Position numbers and translations under genes: made by a program
Notes under the pieces: model-generated
What the model was told of the DNA's origin: nothing
Seen by the model: only the letters and a program-made list of their open reading frames with translations
The model's database searches: none
Source of the DNA: a virus
Taxonomy: Duplodnaviria > Heunggongvirae > Uroviricota > Caudoviricetes
DNA length: 41,660 nucleotides
IMG/VR virus record: IMGVR_UViG_2778261202_000006
Span: 1 to 41,660 of that record
Strand: one strand, 5' to 3'
Part shown: positions 10,750-22,615 of the stretch, piece by piece
How positions within the stretch are numbered: the first letter of the stretch is position 1
How the letters are laid out: every line of letters starts with the position of its first letter

Positions 10750-12167
10750 TACTCAATCCTTATCTGGCAGCCAGACAGAGTGACTGGTGACTTCGTGATA
10801 ACGCGCAATTTGAAGCCGACATTTTTCCTGATGCGCCCAACTCGCTTCCACAAAACACGTTTGTCGTAAACGAACGGTTCATTCTGCTCAATCATCTGTT
10901 CACGTCCGTAATTTATGCCGTCAGTGGTTGCAGAGAGGAACAGGCGGTCGGCGTACTGCGCAACGCCAGTTGACGATTCAACCTCAAGGTCGAACACTCT
11001 GGCGTTATCCGCTTTGAACAACGGAGTAAACAGCAGGTGTTCCTGTTGCTTGTCGTACTGGCTGCTGATGTCGAATTGCAATTTCCCGGTCACGGACTCC
11101 AGCTTATCGCCGCACGTTATCTGATTGCCTTCGTAAATGAAGTCGATAGCGCGGTACACATCGTTATACAGTCCTGTTTTCAGCACACACCATTGCGGAC
11201 CATTGGCGCTTGAAGATGCGTCGTACACCAGAACATGGCGCGGAAGATGGATAATCAGCAACTCATGAGCATCAAATCGCAGCGATTCCATCACACCATC
11301 AGCCAGTTCATCAGCAGTGTAGGAGCGGAGGATTTTCTCAATGCTCGCGCTGGCGATTGGTGACACCTGACCGGAGCCGATGATGTATACAGACGGCGCA
11401 CCCGTTGCCGGATTGCTGATGAACGCATACGAATCAGCAAACGGCGTTTTGCAGTAAGTCCCGGCGATGCCTTTTTGCACCATCAGTGATGGCTGTGCGA
11501 CATACAAAGCAGCACCAACGGTGGTTGCGCCAGTCAGGGAAAAATATTCAATCGTCGATGAACCAAAGCAGACGATGAAGTCTCGCCATGTTCCGATGCC
11601 GATGATGCCGTCAGGCTGAGACTCGGCACGATATTGTGCGCTGTATCGGTCAGGATGTGATTCGTCTTCAGGGTCAGTGATAAACCATGAATCAGTTCCG
11701 TCTTTTGACCACGCATAACGCCCACGTAAGCGCGTAATGTCGCGGACTGAGCCTAACTCATACTGCGTGAATCCGCTGTCTGTAGGCCAGTTTGAGACGG
11801 TTTTAACCGCACCATCATAGCGATACTCGACCAGTTGACCATTAACGCCTACAGCCTGAGATGTTCGACCATGCGCCATTGATACGCGACCACTTCCAGC
11901 GACGTCACCGACTTCGCTTTCGCCTTTGTAGAGCTTCCCACCACACACGCGATAAACAGCACTCTGCGCCATGTTGTACTCGACTCCGCGCGATACACCG
12001 TTCACATCAGAACGTTTGGCAATGCCCGGGAATGAGCGAAGATATCCGCTGCTGTTCAGGATTTCTTTGGGTGTAGCCAGCATATTCACTGGCAGATAGT
12101 CGATATAGTCAGCGTTTCTAAAGTCTTTGCCGACACCTTTCATAAGCGGAAGTTGCTGAATCGGCAT
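10749..12167 (-). CDS. gp10: Tail accessory factor gp10-like
   Basis: 472 aa, same length class and position as P22 gp10. Confidence 0.85.
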   Translation of the reverse strand: MPIQQLPLMKGVGKDFRNADYIDYLPVNMLATPKEILNSSGYLRSFPGIAKRSDVNGVSRGVEYNMAQSAVYRVCGGKLYKGESEVGDVAGSGRVSMAHGRTSQAVGVNGQLVEYRYDGAVKTVSNWPTDSGFTQYELGSVRDITRLRGRYAWSKDGTDSWFITDPEDESHPDRYSAQYRAESQPDGIIGIGTWRDFIVCFGSSTIEYFSLTGATTVGAALYVAQPSLMVQKGIAGTYCKTPFADSYAFISNPATGAPSVYIIGSGQVSPIASASIEKILRSYTADELADGVMESLRFDAHELLIIHLPRHVLVYDASSSANGPQWCVLKTGLYNDVYRAIDFIYEGNQITCGDKLESVTGKLQFDISSQYDKQQEHLLFTPLFKADNARVFDLEVESSTGVAQYADRLFLSATTDGINYGREQMIEQNEPFVYDKRVLWKRVGRIRKNVGFKLRVITKSPVTLSGCQIRIE

Positions 12168-12667
12168 TATTCGCTCCCGTTATCACAAGGTTCCTTTCGG
12201 TGGAAGTAATTCCAACCGTTCCACTTCGCCAACTGGTTTCCACTGCCAACAGGCATACGGTTTGGATAACCGGACTTACATTTAGCGGCTTTCGCCCTAT
12301 CCATTGCAGACAGTTTGACGAGTCGCTCTTTCCCGTATCTGGCAGTGGTTATAAGTTTTGCAGACGCTTCCAGCGCATAATCTGGAGCAATGCGGCAGGC
12401 AAGGTTGAAAATGACGGCATTGATAGCGTTATTTGATAAACCGTGCTCATCGCCCGGATCCGGAGAAACATCTGCATCAGCAAAAATGTAGCCAACGTTG
12501 ATACCAGGTGACGCATCACCGCCAAGCCATTCAGCCATCATCATTTCAAGGTCGTTGACGCCGTCTTCCATAGACTGCGGTTCGACATCTGTTAACGTGG
12601 CATTTGATGCCACACCGAGCTTACGTAATGCCGCAAGGACTAAATCACCCTTCGTTGTCAGGTTCAT
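12167..12667 (-). CDS. gp4: Tail accessory factor gp4-like (peptidoglycan hydrolase family)
   Basis: From ATG 12667 begins [33 protein letters not shown], matching P22 gp4 N-terminus; six-frame ORF starts earlier at TTG 12727. Confidence 0.85.
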   Translation of the reverse strand: MNLTTKGDLVLAALRKLGVASNATLTDVEPQSMEDGVNDLEMMMAEWLGGDASPGINVGYIFADADVSPDPGDEHGLSNNAINAVIFNLACRIAPDYALEASAKLITTARYGKERLVKLSAMDRAKAAKCKSGYPNRMPVGSGNQLAKWNGWNYFHRKEPCDNGSE

Positions 12668-13232
12668 CTGCTGCCGCCTTAGGTTTTCGACCAGGCTTTT
12701 TACGCTGTTTTTCTTCTGGCTCTGCAATAGCCGGACGCAAACTCAGGAGTCGTCCAAGAACATCATTTGCTTCATGACCATCCCACTCTTTCCCGAACTC
12801 AAGCTCAGTACCTTCAGGAAGGAACTCGATTTCTTCAACAGGTAGGTGATAAGTGATTTCGCCTTCTGGAGTGGTGATACCAGCAATGATCCAGCCATCC
12901 CACTCTTCACCGTCACTGTGTTTGCGAGACCACCACGAAAGCTCAGCGTAAGCATGCATCAGCGATGAGAAGAGGCGCACTCGGTGAGCGTAAAGCTCGT
13001 TAAAAGTGTGATAACCGTCGGACACTTCGCCCATATCAACTGGGGAAGTTTCACCTCCGCCAACACTCCCAATTTGATCACCAACAAGAGGATCATCAGG
13101 AACATCGTCAGGGTGCTTATACCAGCCATTTGCTAAGTGCACAGCTACATCATCAGGATCAACGGTTTTCGTTTTCAGCTTGCGTCCCCATATTTTGGTA
13201 TCTCCGCCAGCCTGAAAAATCATTACGCTCAT
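12645..13232 (-). CDS. Hypothetical strongly acidic protein inserted between coat and gp4 genes
   Basis: ATG 13232 preceded by SD GGAGAT and by an intrinsic terminator after the coat gene; 195 aa, rich in D/E with repeated WDG motifs and basic C-terminal tail; six-frame ORF extends upstream into coat gene in another frame. Confidence 0.5.
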   Translation of the reverse strand: MSVMIFQAGGDTKIWGRKLKTKTVDPDDVAVHLANGWYKHPDDVPDDPLVGDQIGSVGGGETSPVDMGEVSDGYHTFNELYAHRVRLFSSLMHAYAELSWWSRKHSDGEEWDGWIIAGITTPEGEITYHLPVEEIEFLPEGTELEFGKEWDGHEANDVLGRLLSLRPAIAEPEEKQRKKPGRKPKAAADEPDNEG

Positions 13233-13240
13233 TGGTATCT

Positions 13241-13268
13241 CCAATAGAAAAGGGAGCAGAAGCTCCCT
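13241..13268 (-). terminator. Intrinsic terminator downstream of coat gene
   Basis: Hairpin GGGAGC-ttct-GCTCCC followed by T-tract on the minus strand, between coat stop and next start. Confidence 0.6.
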
Positions 13269-13275
13269 CTGGTTA

Positions 13276-14571
13276 TCACGCGGTCTGGTTAGGCAGACCA
13301 ACACCAATTGCCTCTGGTCGTACAGCACATGCTGAATACCACACAGCAATACGGCACTTACCAGACAGAGTGTTGATATCACCCTGCGTTGCGAAGATGC
13401 CGTTAACACCAATACCAGGAATGCTGAAGGAAGACGTTTTCATGCCAGCAAACAGTTCATGGGTTACCGGGATCGGCTGAGACAGCAGGCGGATTGAGTC
13501 ATCAGCCCAGAACACGTTAGCGGTGGTTGTTGCCACGTTCAGAACGTTTACCGGAGTGGTATCAGCAAGAGAGGTGTTTACGTTAGCGTAAGCCTTCTCT
13601 TCTTTTGTCAGTGACGCGTCATCCAGTGCAATCGGCTTCGGCGTGATTTCGATGTGAGTACCATCGATCACACGGGTGATTGAGAAAGTAGCATCATCAG
13701 TCAGCACGTTCTTCGCCATCTGAGACAGGAATTTCACACCAGTGAAGCTGATTTTGTCGCCGCGCTTAAACCCGGTGGTGGAGGATACGGTCACCGTTGC
13801 AACACGGTTGTCGACGTTCTCTTTGTTACCATCGGTATCAAGAGTGTATGCCTGCGGCTTAAACTTCTGCGCACCAGAAACAGTTACACCAGTAGCGGTT
13901 GACTTGGTAACTGCCGGAAGTTTCGGTGAGCGAAGAATTTCATCAAAGCCAGCAATCTGACGCTGAATAGTACCGTTGCGATACGCTTCTTCAGGAACGC
14001 GACCGAAGATGTCACCATCTACCAGGTTGCGGCCTGCTTTGCGGTAATCGTCAGGGTTCAGGAAGTAACTGATGCCCATATCGCGGTTTAGCTCACGGGA
14101 GAACATCAGGCGCTCTGCATCAGACACAAAATCCCAGCCAGACAGGCCAGTAGATGGACCAATTGCGCGGGTATCGTGAACAACAAGCGAGCCCATTTCA
14201 GTTGCCTGTTTGGCAATTGCTGACTCAATGTTATTCGCCAGTTTTTTGGCGGATGCCTGGATGCGGCGACGGTAAGAACGCTCATCACGCAGGTCATCTG
14301 CACGAAGCTCGAAGAAATCGTTATCCGGATCGCCCATGTTGCATTTCACGGAGAGTTCCAGAATCCCGGTTGCGTTGCCAGTTAAATCCCAGCCAGTCTG
14401 GGTTGGCGCTTCCTGCTCAACAGGCATCCACACGGTGTTGCTTGAACGCTGCATGGATTCTGCCGGAGGGGTGTATTTTGTCACTTTGGACGCCATTGGC
14501 GTCAGGTTCTGGACGGTTTCGATGATTTCATCCAGAGCATACGTGACCAGTTGACCTTCATTTAATGCCAT
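13276..14571 (-). CDS. gp5: Major coat protein, P22 gp5-like
   Basis: 431 aa; N-terminus [27 protein letters not shown] and overall similarity to P22 coat protein. Confidence 0.95.
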   Translation of the reverse strand: MALNEGQLVTYALDEIIETVQNLTPMASKVTKYTPPAESMQRSSNTVWMPVEQEAPTQTGWDLTGNATGILELSVKCNMGDPDNDFFELRADDLRDERSYRRRIQASAKKLANNIESAIAKQATEMGSLVVHDTRAIGPSTGLSGWDFVSDAERLMFSRELNRDMGISYFLNPDDYRKAGRNLVDGDIFGRVPEEAYRNGTIQRQIAGFDEILRSPKLPAVTKSTATGVTVSGAQKFKPQAYTLDTDGNKENVDNRVATVTVSSTTGFKRGDKISFTGVKFLSQMAKNVLTDDATFSITRVIDGTHIEITPKPIALDDASLTKEEKAYANVNTSLADTTPVNVLNVATTTANVFWADDSIRLLSQPIPVTHELFAGMKTSSFSIPGIGVNGIFATQGDINTLSGKCRIAVWYSACAVRPEAIGVGLPNQTA

Positions 14572-15482
14572 TATCGAATTCCTTTATTCAGTTGCGCCTT
14601 GAGCTTGCGGTACGTCTCTACATCCCCTTTGTTTGCTGCCGCCTCCATCTGCTTTTCAATCGCAGAGATATTTGCAGCAACAGCATGTCCCTGAATGGGT
14701 TCATCAGGTAACGGGGCTTCTGAAACAGGCTTGGCTCGAGGCTTGAGAGTTAAACGTTCTGACAGTCGAGTGAGTTCAATCAGTGCGGATTGCCCGTCCA
14801 TCGCCAGCAACTGGCGTGTTTTCTCAGGATTAGCACCAAGGTGATACATGATAGCAGCGGATTTCTCCGGGAAGAGGCGCATGATGTCGGCACCGACTGC
14901 TGGCGGCACCAGTTGCATGAATGCATCCTCTTTCTCCTGATAGTCAGGGATATTGAGCTTTTCCGCTGCGTCGTAGTGCTTACGGGCTGCCTCGACGTAT
15001 TGCGCTGATTGCTGGGTGAACTCCTGAGTTTTGCGACCCTGCTCGGCGACAGCCTGGCTTCGTGCGTCCATAGCCTTGATCTGCCATTCACTGTTTGCCT
15101 GCTGGAAGGCAGCCAGTGCGCGGCTCTGGTCATAGTCGTACTTAGCCAGTGCGTCTTCGGAAAGATAATCGTTAGGGTCTGGTTGTTTTGGTAACTCAGG
15201 GTTCACCCGCAGGTGCTCCGGCAACTCTCCACGCTTAACCGCTTCCATCTGCTGCTCAAGCTCACGCTGGCGTTTGCGTTCGATGCGGCGACGGGCAAAT
15301 TCAGCATTAGTTGCCGGGTCTTGTTTTGGTTTCTCATCGTCTTTCAGGACAATCTCGAAGCCTTCTTCCTGACCTGCGTTGTCGTTGGCATTATCGACAA
15401 CTAAGCCATCAGCAGATGCCGCTGCATGATTGCCGGGCAGGGTTAATTCTTCAGAAGCCTGAATGTCGGTGGTTTGGTCCAT
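14571..15482 (-). CDS. gp8: Scaffolding protein, P22 gp8-like
   Basis: 303 aa, acidic helical protein directly upstream of coat gene. Confidence 0.9.
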   Translation of the reverse strand: MDQTTDIQASEELTLPGNHAAASADGLVVDNANDNAGQEEGFEIVLKDDEKPKQDPATNAEFARRRIERKRQRELEQQMEAVKRGELPEHLRVNPELPKQPDPNDYLSEDALAKYDYDQSRALAAFQQANSEWQIKAMDARSQAVAEQGRKTQEFTQQSAQYVEAARKHYDAAEKLNIPDYQEKEDAFMQLVPPAVGADIMRLFPEKSAAIMYHLGANPEKTRQLLAMDGQSALIELTRLSERLTLKPRAKPVSEAPLPDEPIQGHAVAANISAIEKQMEAAANKGDVETYRKLKAQLNKGIR

Positions 15483-15495
15483 GATTAACTCTCTC

Positions 15496-17664
15496 TTATT
15501 GAGGTGTCTCGGCTACTCCGCCGGAGGGGATTTGAACTTGACGCATAAGATTCGCGAAATCCATGCGTTGTGAATGAGTCTGGTCTGCATCTTTAAGAAG
15601 CAGCTCAGCGTTAGCACGAGCATCTTTGCTGCGCTGTTGCTGGAATTGACCTACGAGCTTGAGGTACTCACGCAGTTCTGCCTGCTTGTCGAGGTCCATA
15701 TTGTTGAAGATTTCTGCAATCTTCGCGGCGTTGAGTTGGTTTTGGGCTTCAACCTTGGCGGCTTCAACCTGAATCTGCGCCTGTTGGTTCTCTGCCTTGA
15801 GCAATTCAGCCTGACCTTGCAGAAGGATACCCTGCGCCTGAATTTGCTCTGCTGATGGCTGCTGCGGCTGTTGTTGTGCCTGCTGTACCATCTCCATTTC
15901 TTCAGGTGTTTCTGGTTTCTTCAGCCCCATCATCACCAGTTGCTTGTTAGCGTACTCTCGCATCATCTCGACGCCTTTACCGTCAAGCAGCGTGAAGTAT
16001 TGCAGCATCAGCATCTGGAACTCTGGAGTACCTTGCGGAACCTTGGTGAGCAACTCCTGAATCTCTGCGCGGTTCTGTTCCTTCATACTCTGGAAGGATG
16101 GTCCAACGTCTGTATAGCACTCATAGCGACCGCGAATGTCGTTGAGTGTGACCACATTACCGGACTGGTAATCGACAACTTGCGCGTAGAGTTGAACGTC
16201 TTTCTCGCTACCATCTTCAAGTGTCAGCGTTACATGACGAGGAACGTCATAAATATCGTTGACCATTGAGGCATAAATCTCGCCATCACGTCGCATTGCG
16301 GTAGCCAGGTTATCCTGAAACACGTATGTCTCAAGGTCTGCCCGCATGTTCAGTTGATTGACGGTATCGAAAGCGACCTGACTGTTTGCTGCCTGCGCAT
16401 CCACGCCAAGACTAGCCACCTCTTTCACTGCGTTGGTGGCAGCCTCAAGCATGTAAGCGTTGGCTTGCGGCACTTCAGGGTTTTCCATGTAGGAGATTGG
16501 ACCAATCGGAAGGTCGTTACCGTTTTCATCGGTCTTGTTCTGCAGATAGTACGGATAGTCATCATTTCCACCGTACATGTATTCGTAGCCTTCGATTTGC
16601 TCAGGGAAGAAGGTAGGTTTCTTCTTCGGTGAACGAGCAACAATATCGGCGTTGAACGACATGATCATGTTACGAAGGCGCTGACCGTCTTTCGTCAGCC
16701 TTACCACTCCTTCGTAGCACTCCTTGTCACCAGCGAATGACCATTCGCCATACACTGGAACGATTGGAATATGCTCTCCGGCTATCTTCTCGCGATCTTT
16801 CAGTATCTGCGTGCAGGTGATGATCGACTTATACACACGCCGACGCTTCACCTTGCGCTCTGCTACCTTAATGAATCCACGATTAGCCAGGTCGTCGATG
16901 ACGTCTTTGATATCCTGCTGGTAATAGCTGACCGGCTCACCTGTCAGCGGGTCGCGGTAGATGAAGACCTTCTCCTTCTTCTCTTCTACCTCGTAATACT
17001 CAGCGACATAGACGACATCATTCGATACCCACGGGAACAGCCATGTATCGTTCGGATTCTGGAAAGATGGCAAGGTGTCCGGATCAATACCGTAATCCTC
17101 TGCGAACTCTTTCCAGCCATTGCGCGACAAGGCGTTAATCACCGTACAGTGCTTAGCGTCGCTCTTATCCATCTGCTTGCTGTTGGCGTCCCATATGACG
17201 TGTGAGCAGGCTTCATGAATTGGCAGGCGTCGAATTACCTGATTGTTGCTTGTTGGGTCGTTGTCTTCGTACTGTGTGACCAGACGCCATGCACCAACGC
17301 CGGACTCTATCTGCTCACGAACGCCAACGTTAACGGCAATCTTTGCCGTGTTATGGCGCATATCGGTACGATACATTCCCATCAACACATCGGCAGCATC
17401 AGGATTAGCGCCGTCTTTTGGTCGGAAGAGAACGTCGATAGGGTTCCGGCGCATCTCTGCGACCAGTTTCCTGACCACCGGGCGAACAACATCGAATTGT
17501 CCGCGATATTGCAGGGTAGTGTAGTTTGATAGCCAGTCATCCCATTGGCTTATGCGACTGAAGTATAAATCGTTAGAAGCTTCTGTTCTCGCCTCGTCGG
17601 AAGACATCCAATCAACATCGAATGCTTGCAGTATCTTATTTAATCGCTCTGCGTTGTCAGTCAT
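15496..17664 (-). CDS. gp1: Portal protein, P22 gp1-like
   Basis: 722 aa; strong similarity to P22 portal along the length (..[40 protein letters not shown]..). Confidence 0.95.
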   Translation of the reverse strand: MTDNAERLNKILQAFDVDWMSSDEARTEASNDLYFSRISQWDDWLSNYTTLQYRGQFDVVRPVVRKLVAEMRRNPIDVLFRPKDGANPDAADVLMGMYRTDMRHNTAKIAVNVGVREQIESGVGAWRLVTQYEDNDPTSNNQVIRRLPIHEACSHVIWDANSKQMDKSDAKHCTVINALSRNGWKEFAEDYGIDPDTLPSFQNPNDTWLFPWVSNDVVYVAEYYEVEEKKEKVFIYRDPLTGEPVSYYQQDIKDVIDDLANRGFIKVAERKVKRRRVYKSIITCTQILKDREKIAGEHIPIVPVYGEWSFAGDKECYEGVVRLTKDGQRLRNMIMSFNADIVARSPKKKPTFFPEQIEGYEYMYGGNDDYPYYLQNKTDENGNDLPIGPISYMENPEVPQANAYMLEAATNAVKEVASLGVDAQAANSQVAFDTVNQLNMRADLETYVFQDNLATAMRRDGEIYASMVNDIYDVPRHVTLTLEDGSEKDVQLYAQVVDYQSGNVVTLNDIRGRYECYTDVGPSFQSMKEQNRAEIQELLTKVPQGTPEFQMLMLQYFTLLDGKGVEMMREYANKQLVMMGLKKPETPEEMEMVQQAQQQPQQPSAEQIQAQGILLQGQAELLKAENQQAQIQVEAAKVEAQNQLNAAKIAEIFNNMDLDKQAELREYLKLVGQFQQQRSKDARANAELLLKDADQTHSQRMDFANLMRQVQIPSGGVAETPQ

Positions 17665-17714
17665 AACTTTACCGTGATAAAATCAATGGGACAACTTCAA
17701 CAGGAGATTCTATT

Positions 17715-18215
17715 GTGAGCCATCCATCTATAGAAGATATAAGGAAAAATTTCACATACGATGCTGAAACCGGAATTTTGTACGCGGCTAATCGCACAAG
17801 GAGGACAGACCTTAACGGCAAGCCAGTTGGGTGCCAGCATGGAAACGGATACCTTGATGTAAGGCTTGGTAAAAAACTGTACTACGTGCACAGAATTTGT
17901 TTTGCGCACTACTATGGTTACTGGCCCGAAGCAGTAGATCACATAAACGGAAACCGTGCTGATAACCGCATCTGTAATCTTAGAGATGCCAATAAGCAGT
18001 TGAACGGACTAAACCGTGGCATGGATTGCGACAATTCAACTGGATACAAAGGAGTTTCCTATCGCAAGGACACAAATAACTACATGTGGCAATTTGTGGT
18101 AGAAGGCAAGAAATACACAAAAAGCGGATTCGCTACAGCATTAGATGCATACAAGCATAAAGTAGCATTTATTAACGCTCTGAATTCCGCTGCCTCTGAA
18201 TTTCTCAAGCCGTAA
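17715..18215 (+). CDS. HNH homing endonuclease (HNH_3 plus AP2-like DNA-binding domain)
   Basis: 166 aa; motif HINGNRADNRICNLR and GYKGVSYRK; GTG start with AGGAG SD; opposite strand, wedged between portal and large terminase genes. Confidence 0.8.
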   Translation: MSHPSIEDIRKNFTYDAETGILYAANRTRRTDLNGKPVGCQHGNGYLDVRLGKKLYYVHRICFAHYYGYWPEAVDHINGNRADNRICNLRDANKQLNGLNRGMDCDNSTGYKGVSYRKDTNNYMWQFVVEGKKYTKSGFATALDAYKHKVAFINALNSAASEFLKP

Positions 18216-18224
18216 CAACAGTAT

Positions 18225-19727
18225 CTATCTTGTTGACCGTGCGATGGGCCTGATTGGGGCTGGTATCTTTTTCTCTTTTGGTTTTTTGATGTCGCGCATC
18301 ATTTTGGCGAAGCGGCGCATCATGTATGCATAGCGAACGGCTGAGAGAACGTCGTCGTTAAGCTTGACGATTTTCCCGTTTTCATCACGGTGATAGAGGC
18401 GGAACTCCTCAAAGAATGGCTCACAGGTGTTGAATACTTTGAAGCGACCATCAAGCATCATGTCGCGCAATTCAGTGATTCCAGGCTCAACAGCATTACC
18501 GCCATCAGGCCATGTCGCATGATCCTGCAACATCATAAATCCAGCGTCTGCATACTGCCCTTTGAGCTGCTCACCGCCGCCCTTCTCGTGCTGGTTTCCG
18601 TCATGAGGCCATGCTGTTGGCACTTTATGCGCCCATGATTTAACAGCCCCCCATGCCTGAACGGCTGTTTTTTCTTTCGCCTTCCACACGCGTGAAACGT
18701 AGATTGTGTCTGCGTCCTTATCCCACCAAAGCTGAACCTGCGCTTGTGGGTGATCCCATCCGAAATCCATCCCGCCAATTACGTAGAAGTGATCAGGACA
18801 CTCGAACGGCTGGCACTTAATCGTCTCTTCCGGTATCTGGAAGATTCGACCGCTACCCATCGTAGGAATACCGCGAGCACGCGCCTCTCTCTCGTGCTCG
18901 GGATAGGATGCGATGATTTGCTCTTTCTGCTCGTCGGTGTAGTGCTCTGCGTCATAGATGGTCATGTTGACCACTTTCTGCGACTTGCTGGGATTCTTCA
19001 GGAACTTGGTAACAACGTCAGACATCCCCATCAGCGGGGTAAACGTCAGAATTGAGAATTGCCCGTATTTGTTGGTACGGGTAAGACCTTCGCCATAAAT
19101 GCTGTATGGTGGCTCTTCGTCAAACCACACGCCGTGGATTGTGTCACCCTGCCAGCGAGCACGGCCTTGCGAGTATGGCTTGAAGTAGCAGATTGAAATG
19201 CCATCTTCAACGCCATCAGCCGTGTGATGCTTAACCAGAAGATGATCAACAAGGTTCGGAAAGAAAGGAGACTTCTTCCAGCTAATGATGTCTTCTTTCG
19301 GTATGGAACCGTAGCCAGGCTCATCATTCTCTTCGATACGACCGCACAGGATGCGTTGAGTCGTTTTGGTTACCGTCTCGTTTGTCTCGCCGCCAATCCA
19401 GAAGACAACAGGCTCATAGAAACGCTTACCTTTCCACTCACCGCCATATTTACCATCATCCGGATAGCCTTTTGTTCCCGGATAACGCCCTGTAAGGTGA
19501 AACGCGACTTCAGCAGCACCAGTAAATGACTTACCAAGCTGGTTACCAGCCATAAAACATCGCTCTGGATAGTCATGCCCGGCGTCGATGAACTCACGCT
19601 GTTTGCTGTATGGCGTAAATTCATATAGCAGGTGTGTGTTCCGGTAGTTCTCTTCTTCTTCGAGTAGCTCGAGCAACTCGATTTGCTCTTCGTCGCTCAG
19701 GTTATCAAGAATCGTGTCCAGTTCCAC
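18225..19727 (-). CDS. gp2: Terminase large subunit, P22 gp2-like
   Basis: 500 aa; N-terminus [25 protein letters not shown] and ATPase/nuclease regions as in P22 TerL. Confidence 0.95.
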   Translation of the reverse strand: MELDTILDNLSDEEQIELLELLEEEENYRNTHLLYEFTPYSKQREFIDAGHDYPERCFMAGNQLGKSFTGAAEVAFHLTGRYPGTKGYPDDGKYGGEWKGKRFYEPVVFWIGGETNETVTKTTQRILCGRIEENDEPGYGSIPKEDIISWKKSPFFPNLVDHLLVKHHTADGVEDGISICYFKPYSQGRARWQGDTIHGVWFDEEPPYSIYGEGLTRTNKYGQFSILTFTPLMGMSDVVTKFLKNPSKSQKVVNMTIYDAEHYTDEQKEQIIASYPEHEREARARGIPTMGSGRIFQIPEETIKCQPFECPDHFYVIGGMDFGWDHPQAQVQLWWDKDADTIYVSRVWKAKEKTAVQAWGAVKSWAHKVPTAWPHDGNQHEKGGGEQLKGQYADAGFMMLQDHATWPDGGNAVEPGITELRDMMLDGRFKVFNTCEPFFEEFRLYHRDENGKIVKLNDDVLSAVRYAYMMRRFAKMMRDIKKPKEKKIPAPIRPIARSTR

Positions 19728-20193
19728 GGTTGAATAGCTCCTTGATACGAGAGCGTCGCTTATCGCGATCTCCCTTATCAGGTGTCACGTCTTCAACTTG
19801 CGACTGCTCTTTGAGGCCCAAATCACGGGCGATGATGTTAGCGTTGAGAAGGTCAGCGGCTGCGCCAGAGAATTTCTGATCGTAGATGATGTCTTCCGCT
19901 CGTGATGTGACGTCAGAAAAACCTTCCATTGACCGGAAGGTTCCCCATGTTTGCCTGGTGATATCAAGGAAGGTACACAATCCTGAAATAGTCATGGCTC
20001 GCATCTTAGGGACATTAGCCTTAATTATTTCTCCCTGATATGAAAATACCTTACCCTCCCATAGCGGGTTATCATCAGCCCACTCGAAGTATTCACAACA
20101 AGCAGCCCACAGCGCATCAGGCGATTCGAATTTAGGGTTTCGCCCATGACTACTGCGGGCCTCCCAGAATCGGTTGCCCTTTGGTGCTGCCAT
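19705..20193 (-). CDS. gp3: Terminase small subunit, P22 gp3-like
   Basis: Begins [25 protein letters not shown] from ATG 20193 (ORF has an ATG two codons upstream at 20199); overlaps start of TerL. Confidence 0.9.
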   Translation of the reverse strand: MAAPKGNRFWEARSSHGRNPKFESPDALWAACCEYFEWADDNPLWEGKVFSYQGEIIKANVPKMRAMTISGLCTFLDITRQTWGTFRSMEGFSDVTSRAEDIIYDQKFSGAAADLLNANIIARDLGLKEQSQVEDVTPDKGDRDKRRSRIKELFNRGTGHDS

Positions 20194-20397
20194 ATTCATC
20201 TCACTTAATTGTCATTTCAGGTTGAGAACTCTTTTGCACCTTCAATCAATGACTGCTTCAGCAATTCGAGTGTGCCAATCGCCTCACACAAACTGATTTC
20301 ACCATCGTAATCATGAATAACGCTTTCCAGCCGCTCGTATAGCTCTTGAGTAATTGGGAATTTCTTCTCCTTACCCAAATTGATTACGCGGCTCACA

Positions 20398-20640
20398 TCA
20401 TGCTCCGGTAGTGAACAGGTCTAACGCTTCCTTCGATTTACGCACCGCTTCGATAGTGCGGGTCGTGATATCTGAGTTAGCGCCACCTGACTGGAAGTGA
20501 ATTTTGAATAGCTCAAGCTTCAGCTCGTCAGTGCCAATGAATTGAAATGCTTCTTCTGCGGCTGCGTTCTGGTTCATGACCAGTTTGTAAATCTCTAACT
20601 GGAATTTCTGTTCTTCAGTCATGGGAATAATCTCTGCCAT
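20398..20640 (-). CDS. Hypothetical protein (80 aa) upstream of terminase
   Basis: ATG with GGAG SD; compact ORF in late operon. Confidence 0.5.
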   Translation of the reverse strand: MAEIIPMTEEQKFQLEIYKLVMNQNAAAEEAFQFIGTDELKLELFKIHFQSGGANSDITTRTIEAVRKSKEALDLFTTGA

Positions 20641-20705
20641 TGTTGGCTCCAGTCGTTGGGTTAAGCCATTAAGGTGAAAACTCGCGAATTCTCATTTTGA
20701 TGGCA

Positions 20706-20732
20706 ATAAAAAAGGCCGCCTAAGCGACCTTC
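20706..20732 (-). terminator. Intrinsic terminator, copy A of shared cassette 3' element
   Basis: Minus-sense AGGTCGCTTAGGCGGCCT hairpin (one G-U pair) followed by TTTTTTATT; begins 3 nt after stop of 20735..21040. Confidence 0.65.
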
Positions 20733-20734
20733 CA

Positions 20735-21040
20735 TTAAAATATTCTTTTCTGCTGAGATTGCTCAGCCCATCCAGGCTTATTGAATGGGTGGCATACATT
20801 TCCTTGTGCGTTAGATAATGCAGCCGAGTTAGCTTCTTTCCACTGTTCTTCTGTTGATTTAACGCTGTTATTTATATAAACCATGCCATCCCCAGACATC
20901 TCTTCTGCATACTCTATCGCTTCTTTCTTCCTGTCAGAAGAGAAACGCTTAGAATTACCGGCACTCAAAAACCCTGAAATTTCGTATGCGATCCATTCCT
21001 TGGTTTCTGCATTAAATAGCAACTGCCAATCTTTACACAT
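20735..21040 (-). CDS. Hypothetical cargo protein A (101 aa)
   Basis: ATG preceded by GACGAGGTTGAT context shared with cargo B; flanked by shared 5' element and shared terminator. Confidence 0.55.
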   Translation of the reverse strand: MCKDWQLLFNAETKEWIAYEISGFLSAGNSKRFSSDRKKEAIEYAEEMSGDGMVYINNSVKSTEEQWKEANSAALSNAQGNVCHPFNKPGWAEQSQQKRIF

Positions 21041-21121
21041 ATCAACCTCGTCTAGTTGTTCGTCATAGATTCAGTGGCTGGCGGTGACGATTCCGCTTTT
21101 CGGGAGCTACCCTAGCCACTG
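21041..21121 (-). promoter_or_regulatory. Conserved structured 5' element, copy A (three-stem fold upstream of cargo A)
   Basis: Outer stem CAGTGGCT/AGCCACTG (21072-21079 with 21114-21121), inner stem GCGG/CCGC around loop TGACGATT, third small hairpin; shares architecture and covarying stems with copy at 23975..24058. Confidence 0.55.
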
Positions 21122-21259
21122 TTTTATTCTATCCGATGTCTTTCCATCAGTCCGCCACCACAAAGAATCTTTTTTGCCATAAGGCAGGAGGTTCATCTTT
21201 CAGTGGCTGCCAGTGTTATTTCCCCACTTTCTGGCTTGGGTTGTTTCGCTGTACTACCG

Positions 21260-21802
21260 TTAATTGGTGAGTCCGGGGATTACGGTTTGCCCGTGCTGTT
21301 CAAGACGTTCAATTCTCGCCAGTAGCTGAGGCTTCTTAATTTTTCCCCAGCGATTGAGCAGGCGGCCTGACATGCTGGCAACATCCTTCTCTTTCATGTA
21401 CTCCAGCATTACGGCATTTCTCTCTTCTTCAAATTGACGATGACCAACCTGAAGCATGGCGTACATCCAGTTGAATGCGTTGATGTAAGCAATTTTGATA
21501 CGCATTGCTTCTTTTTTGGTGTAGGACATAACCAAAAGCATCAACCCATCCTTGCGGAGACGGTAGAATTTTTGCGGCTTACCATTCTGTAACTCATTGT
21601 TTTTATAGCAAAGCTCAAAGTTGAGCTTTGTATCAAACTCAGGAGGGCAAGCTTCTATGGTTCGTTCAATGTCACGAACCACGTTCTTCGGCAGCTTTCC
21701 AAATGCTTTTGCCACCATAAAAGAATCTGTAACCGGATCGTTGTTTGCTACAAAAATTAGGTCTCTGAAATCTATATCGTTAACAACGGTTGGGTAGTTC
21801 AT
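21260..21802 (-). CDS. rha: Rha-family phage regulatory protein (antirepressor-like)
   Basis: From ATG 21802: ..FMVAKAFGKLPKNVVRDIER...KFYRLRKDGLMLLVMSYTKKEAMRIKIAYINAFNWM.. resembles Phage_pRha family; six-frame ORF extends further upstream to 22048. Confidence 0.7.
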   Translation of the reverse strand: MNYPTVVNDIDFRDLIFVANNDPVTDSFMVAKAFGKLPKNVVRDIERTIEACPPEFDTKLNFELCYKNNELQNGKPQKFYRLRKDGLMLLVMSYTKKEAMRIKIAYINAFNWMYAMLQVGHRQFEEERNAVMLEYMKEKDVASMSGRLLNRWGKIKKPQLLARIERLEQHGQTVIPGLTN

Positions 21803-21947
21803 TGCGTCTTTACCTTTTAGAAAGATGAGCCTGTTCGCACAGAAAAGCCGTCCCCGAGATGGTCGCCACCATATACGGCAATTCTCAGGCTCAGCTTTCT
21901 GAAAGACTCGGGGTTTATATGCGCTGCGATGCGCGTTTACTGAGGAC

Positions 21948-21975
21948 ACAAAAAAGCCCCGCGAATGCGAGGCTA
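21948..21975 (-). terminator. Intrinsic terminator downstream of Rz
   Basis: Minus-sense GCCUCGC-AUUC-GCGGGGC hairpin followed by UUUUUU. Confidence 0.55.
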
Positions 21976-22147
21976 AATCCTGGTATTTGTAATGACTGGC
22001 TCTTATCTCAACGCAGCCCCTTACCGCGCGCAAAATGCTCAATATCAAGCATCAGCAATGAGATGTTTAATCTGGATTCACTCCAGAAGTGAGCACCACC
22101 CTGTCTACAGAGCCAGATGTGAAGGATGATGAGTAAAATTATCGCTA

Positions 22148-22615
22148 TCATCGAAGGCATTGCGTCCTGATGTATTCCTGAAGCGTTCTCAGTGCTGTTT
22201 GGTCGCGGATAATTCCGTCCCGGATACCGAGAACGTTTCGTCCAGCAACTGGAGAGAGTTCGACGGTGGAATCATTGCCCATGCCGGAGGCGCTGGAGGT
22301 TTCGGCTGAGGATGGCATAGGGCATTTTCCTTTGACGAGCACCCTACCACCATTATCAAGCTTGCGCCGAAGAGCATCATTTTCAGCTTTCGCATCAGCT
22401 AACTCCTTCGTGTATTTAGCATCGAGTGCATCAGCAGTACGCTGGCGCTGCTGCATGTCAGTAATGGTGGTAGTCGCCTGCTTCAGCTCACTGACTTTTT
22501 TATCGCGCTGCTCTTTGTAGGCGATTGCGTTATCACGGTAATGATTAACAGCCCATGACAGGCAGACGATGATGCAGATAATCAGAGCGGAGATAATCGC
22601 GGTGACTCTGCTCAT
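22148..22615 (-). CDS. Rz: Spanin, inner-membrane subunit (Rz)
   Basis: N-terminal half matches lambda Rz ([31 protein letters not shown]..), C-terminal half divergent. Confidence 0.85.
   Translation of the reverse strand: MSRVTAIISALIICIIVCLSWAVNHYRDNAIAYKEQRDKKVSELKQATTTITDMQQRQRTADALDAKYTKELADAKAENDALRRKLDNGGRVLVKGKCPMPSSAETSSASGMGNDSTVELSPVAGRNVLGIRDGIIRDQTALRTLQEYIRTQCLR
22189..22395 (-). CDS. Rz1: Spanin, outer-membrane lipoprotein subunit (Rz1), embedded in Rz in another frame
   Basis: Embedded ORF with signal/lipobox ..[16 protein letters not shown] and proline-rich [11 protein letters not shown] as in lambda Rz1. Confidence 0.7.
   Translation of the reverse strand: MRKLKMMLFGASLIMVVGCSSKENALCHPQPKPPAPPAWAMIPPSNSLQLLDETFSVSGTELSATKQH

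Noticed and set aside
14106-17529. Antisense or alternate-frame ORFs inside coat, scaffold and portal genes (for example 14154..14525, 15009..15194, 15871..16269, 16771..17205, 17215..17529)
   Set aside because: Embedded in strongly supported structural genes; composition-driven open frames.
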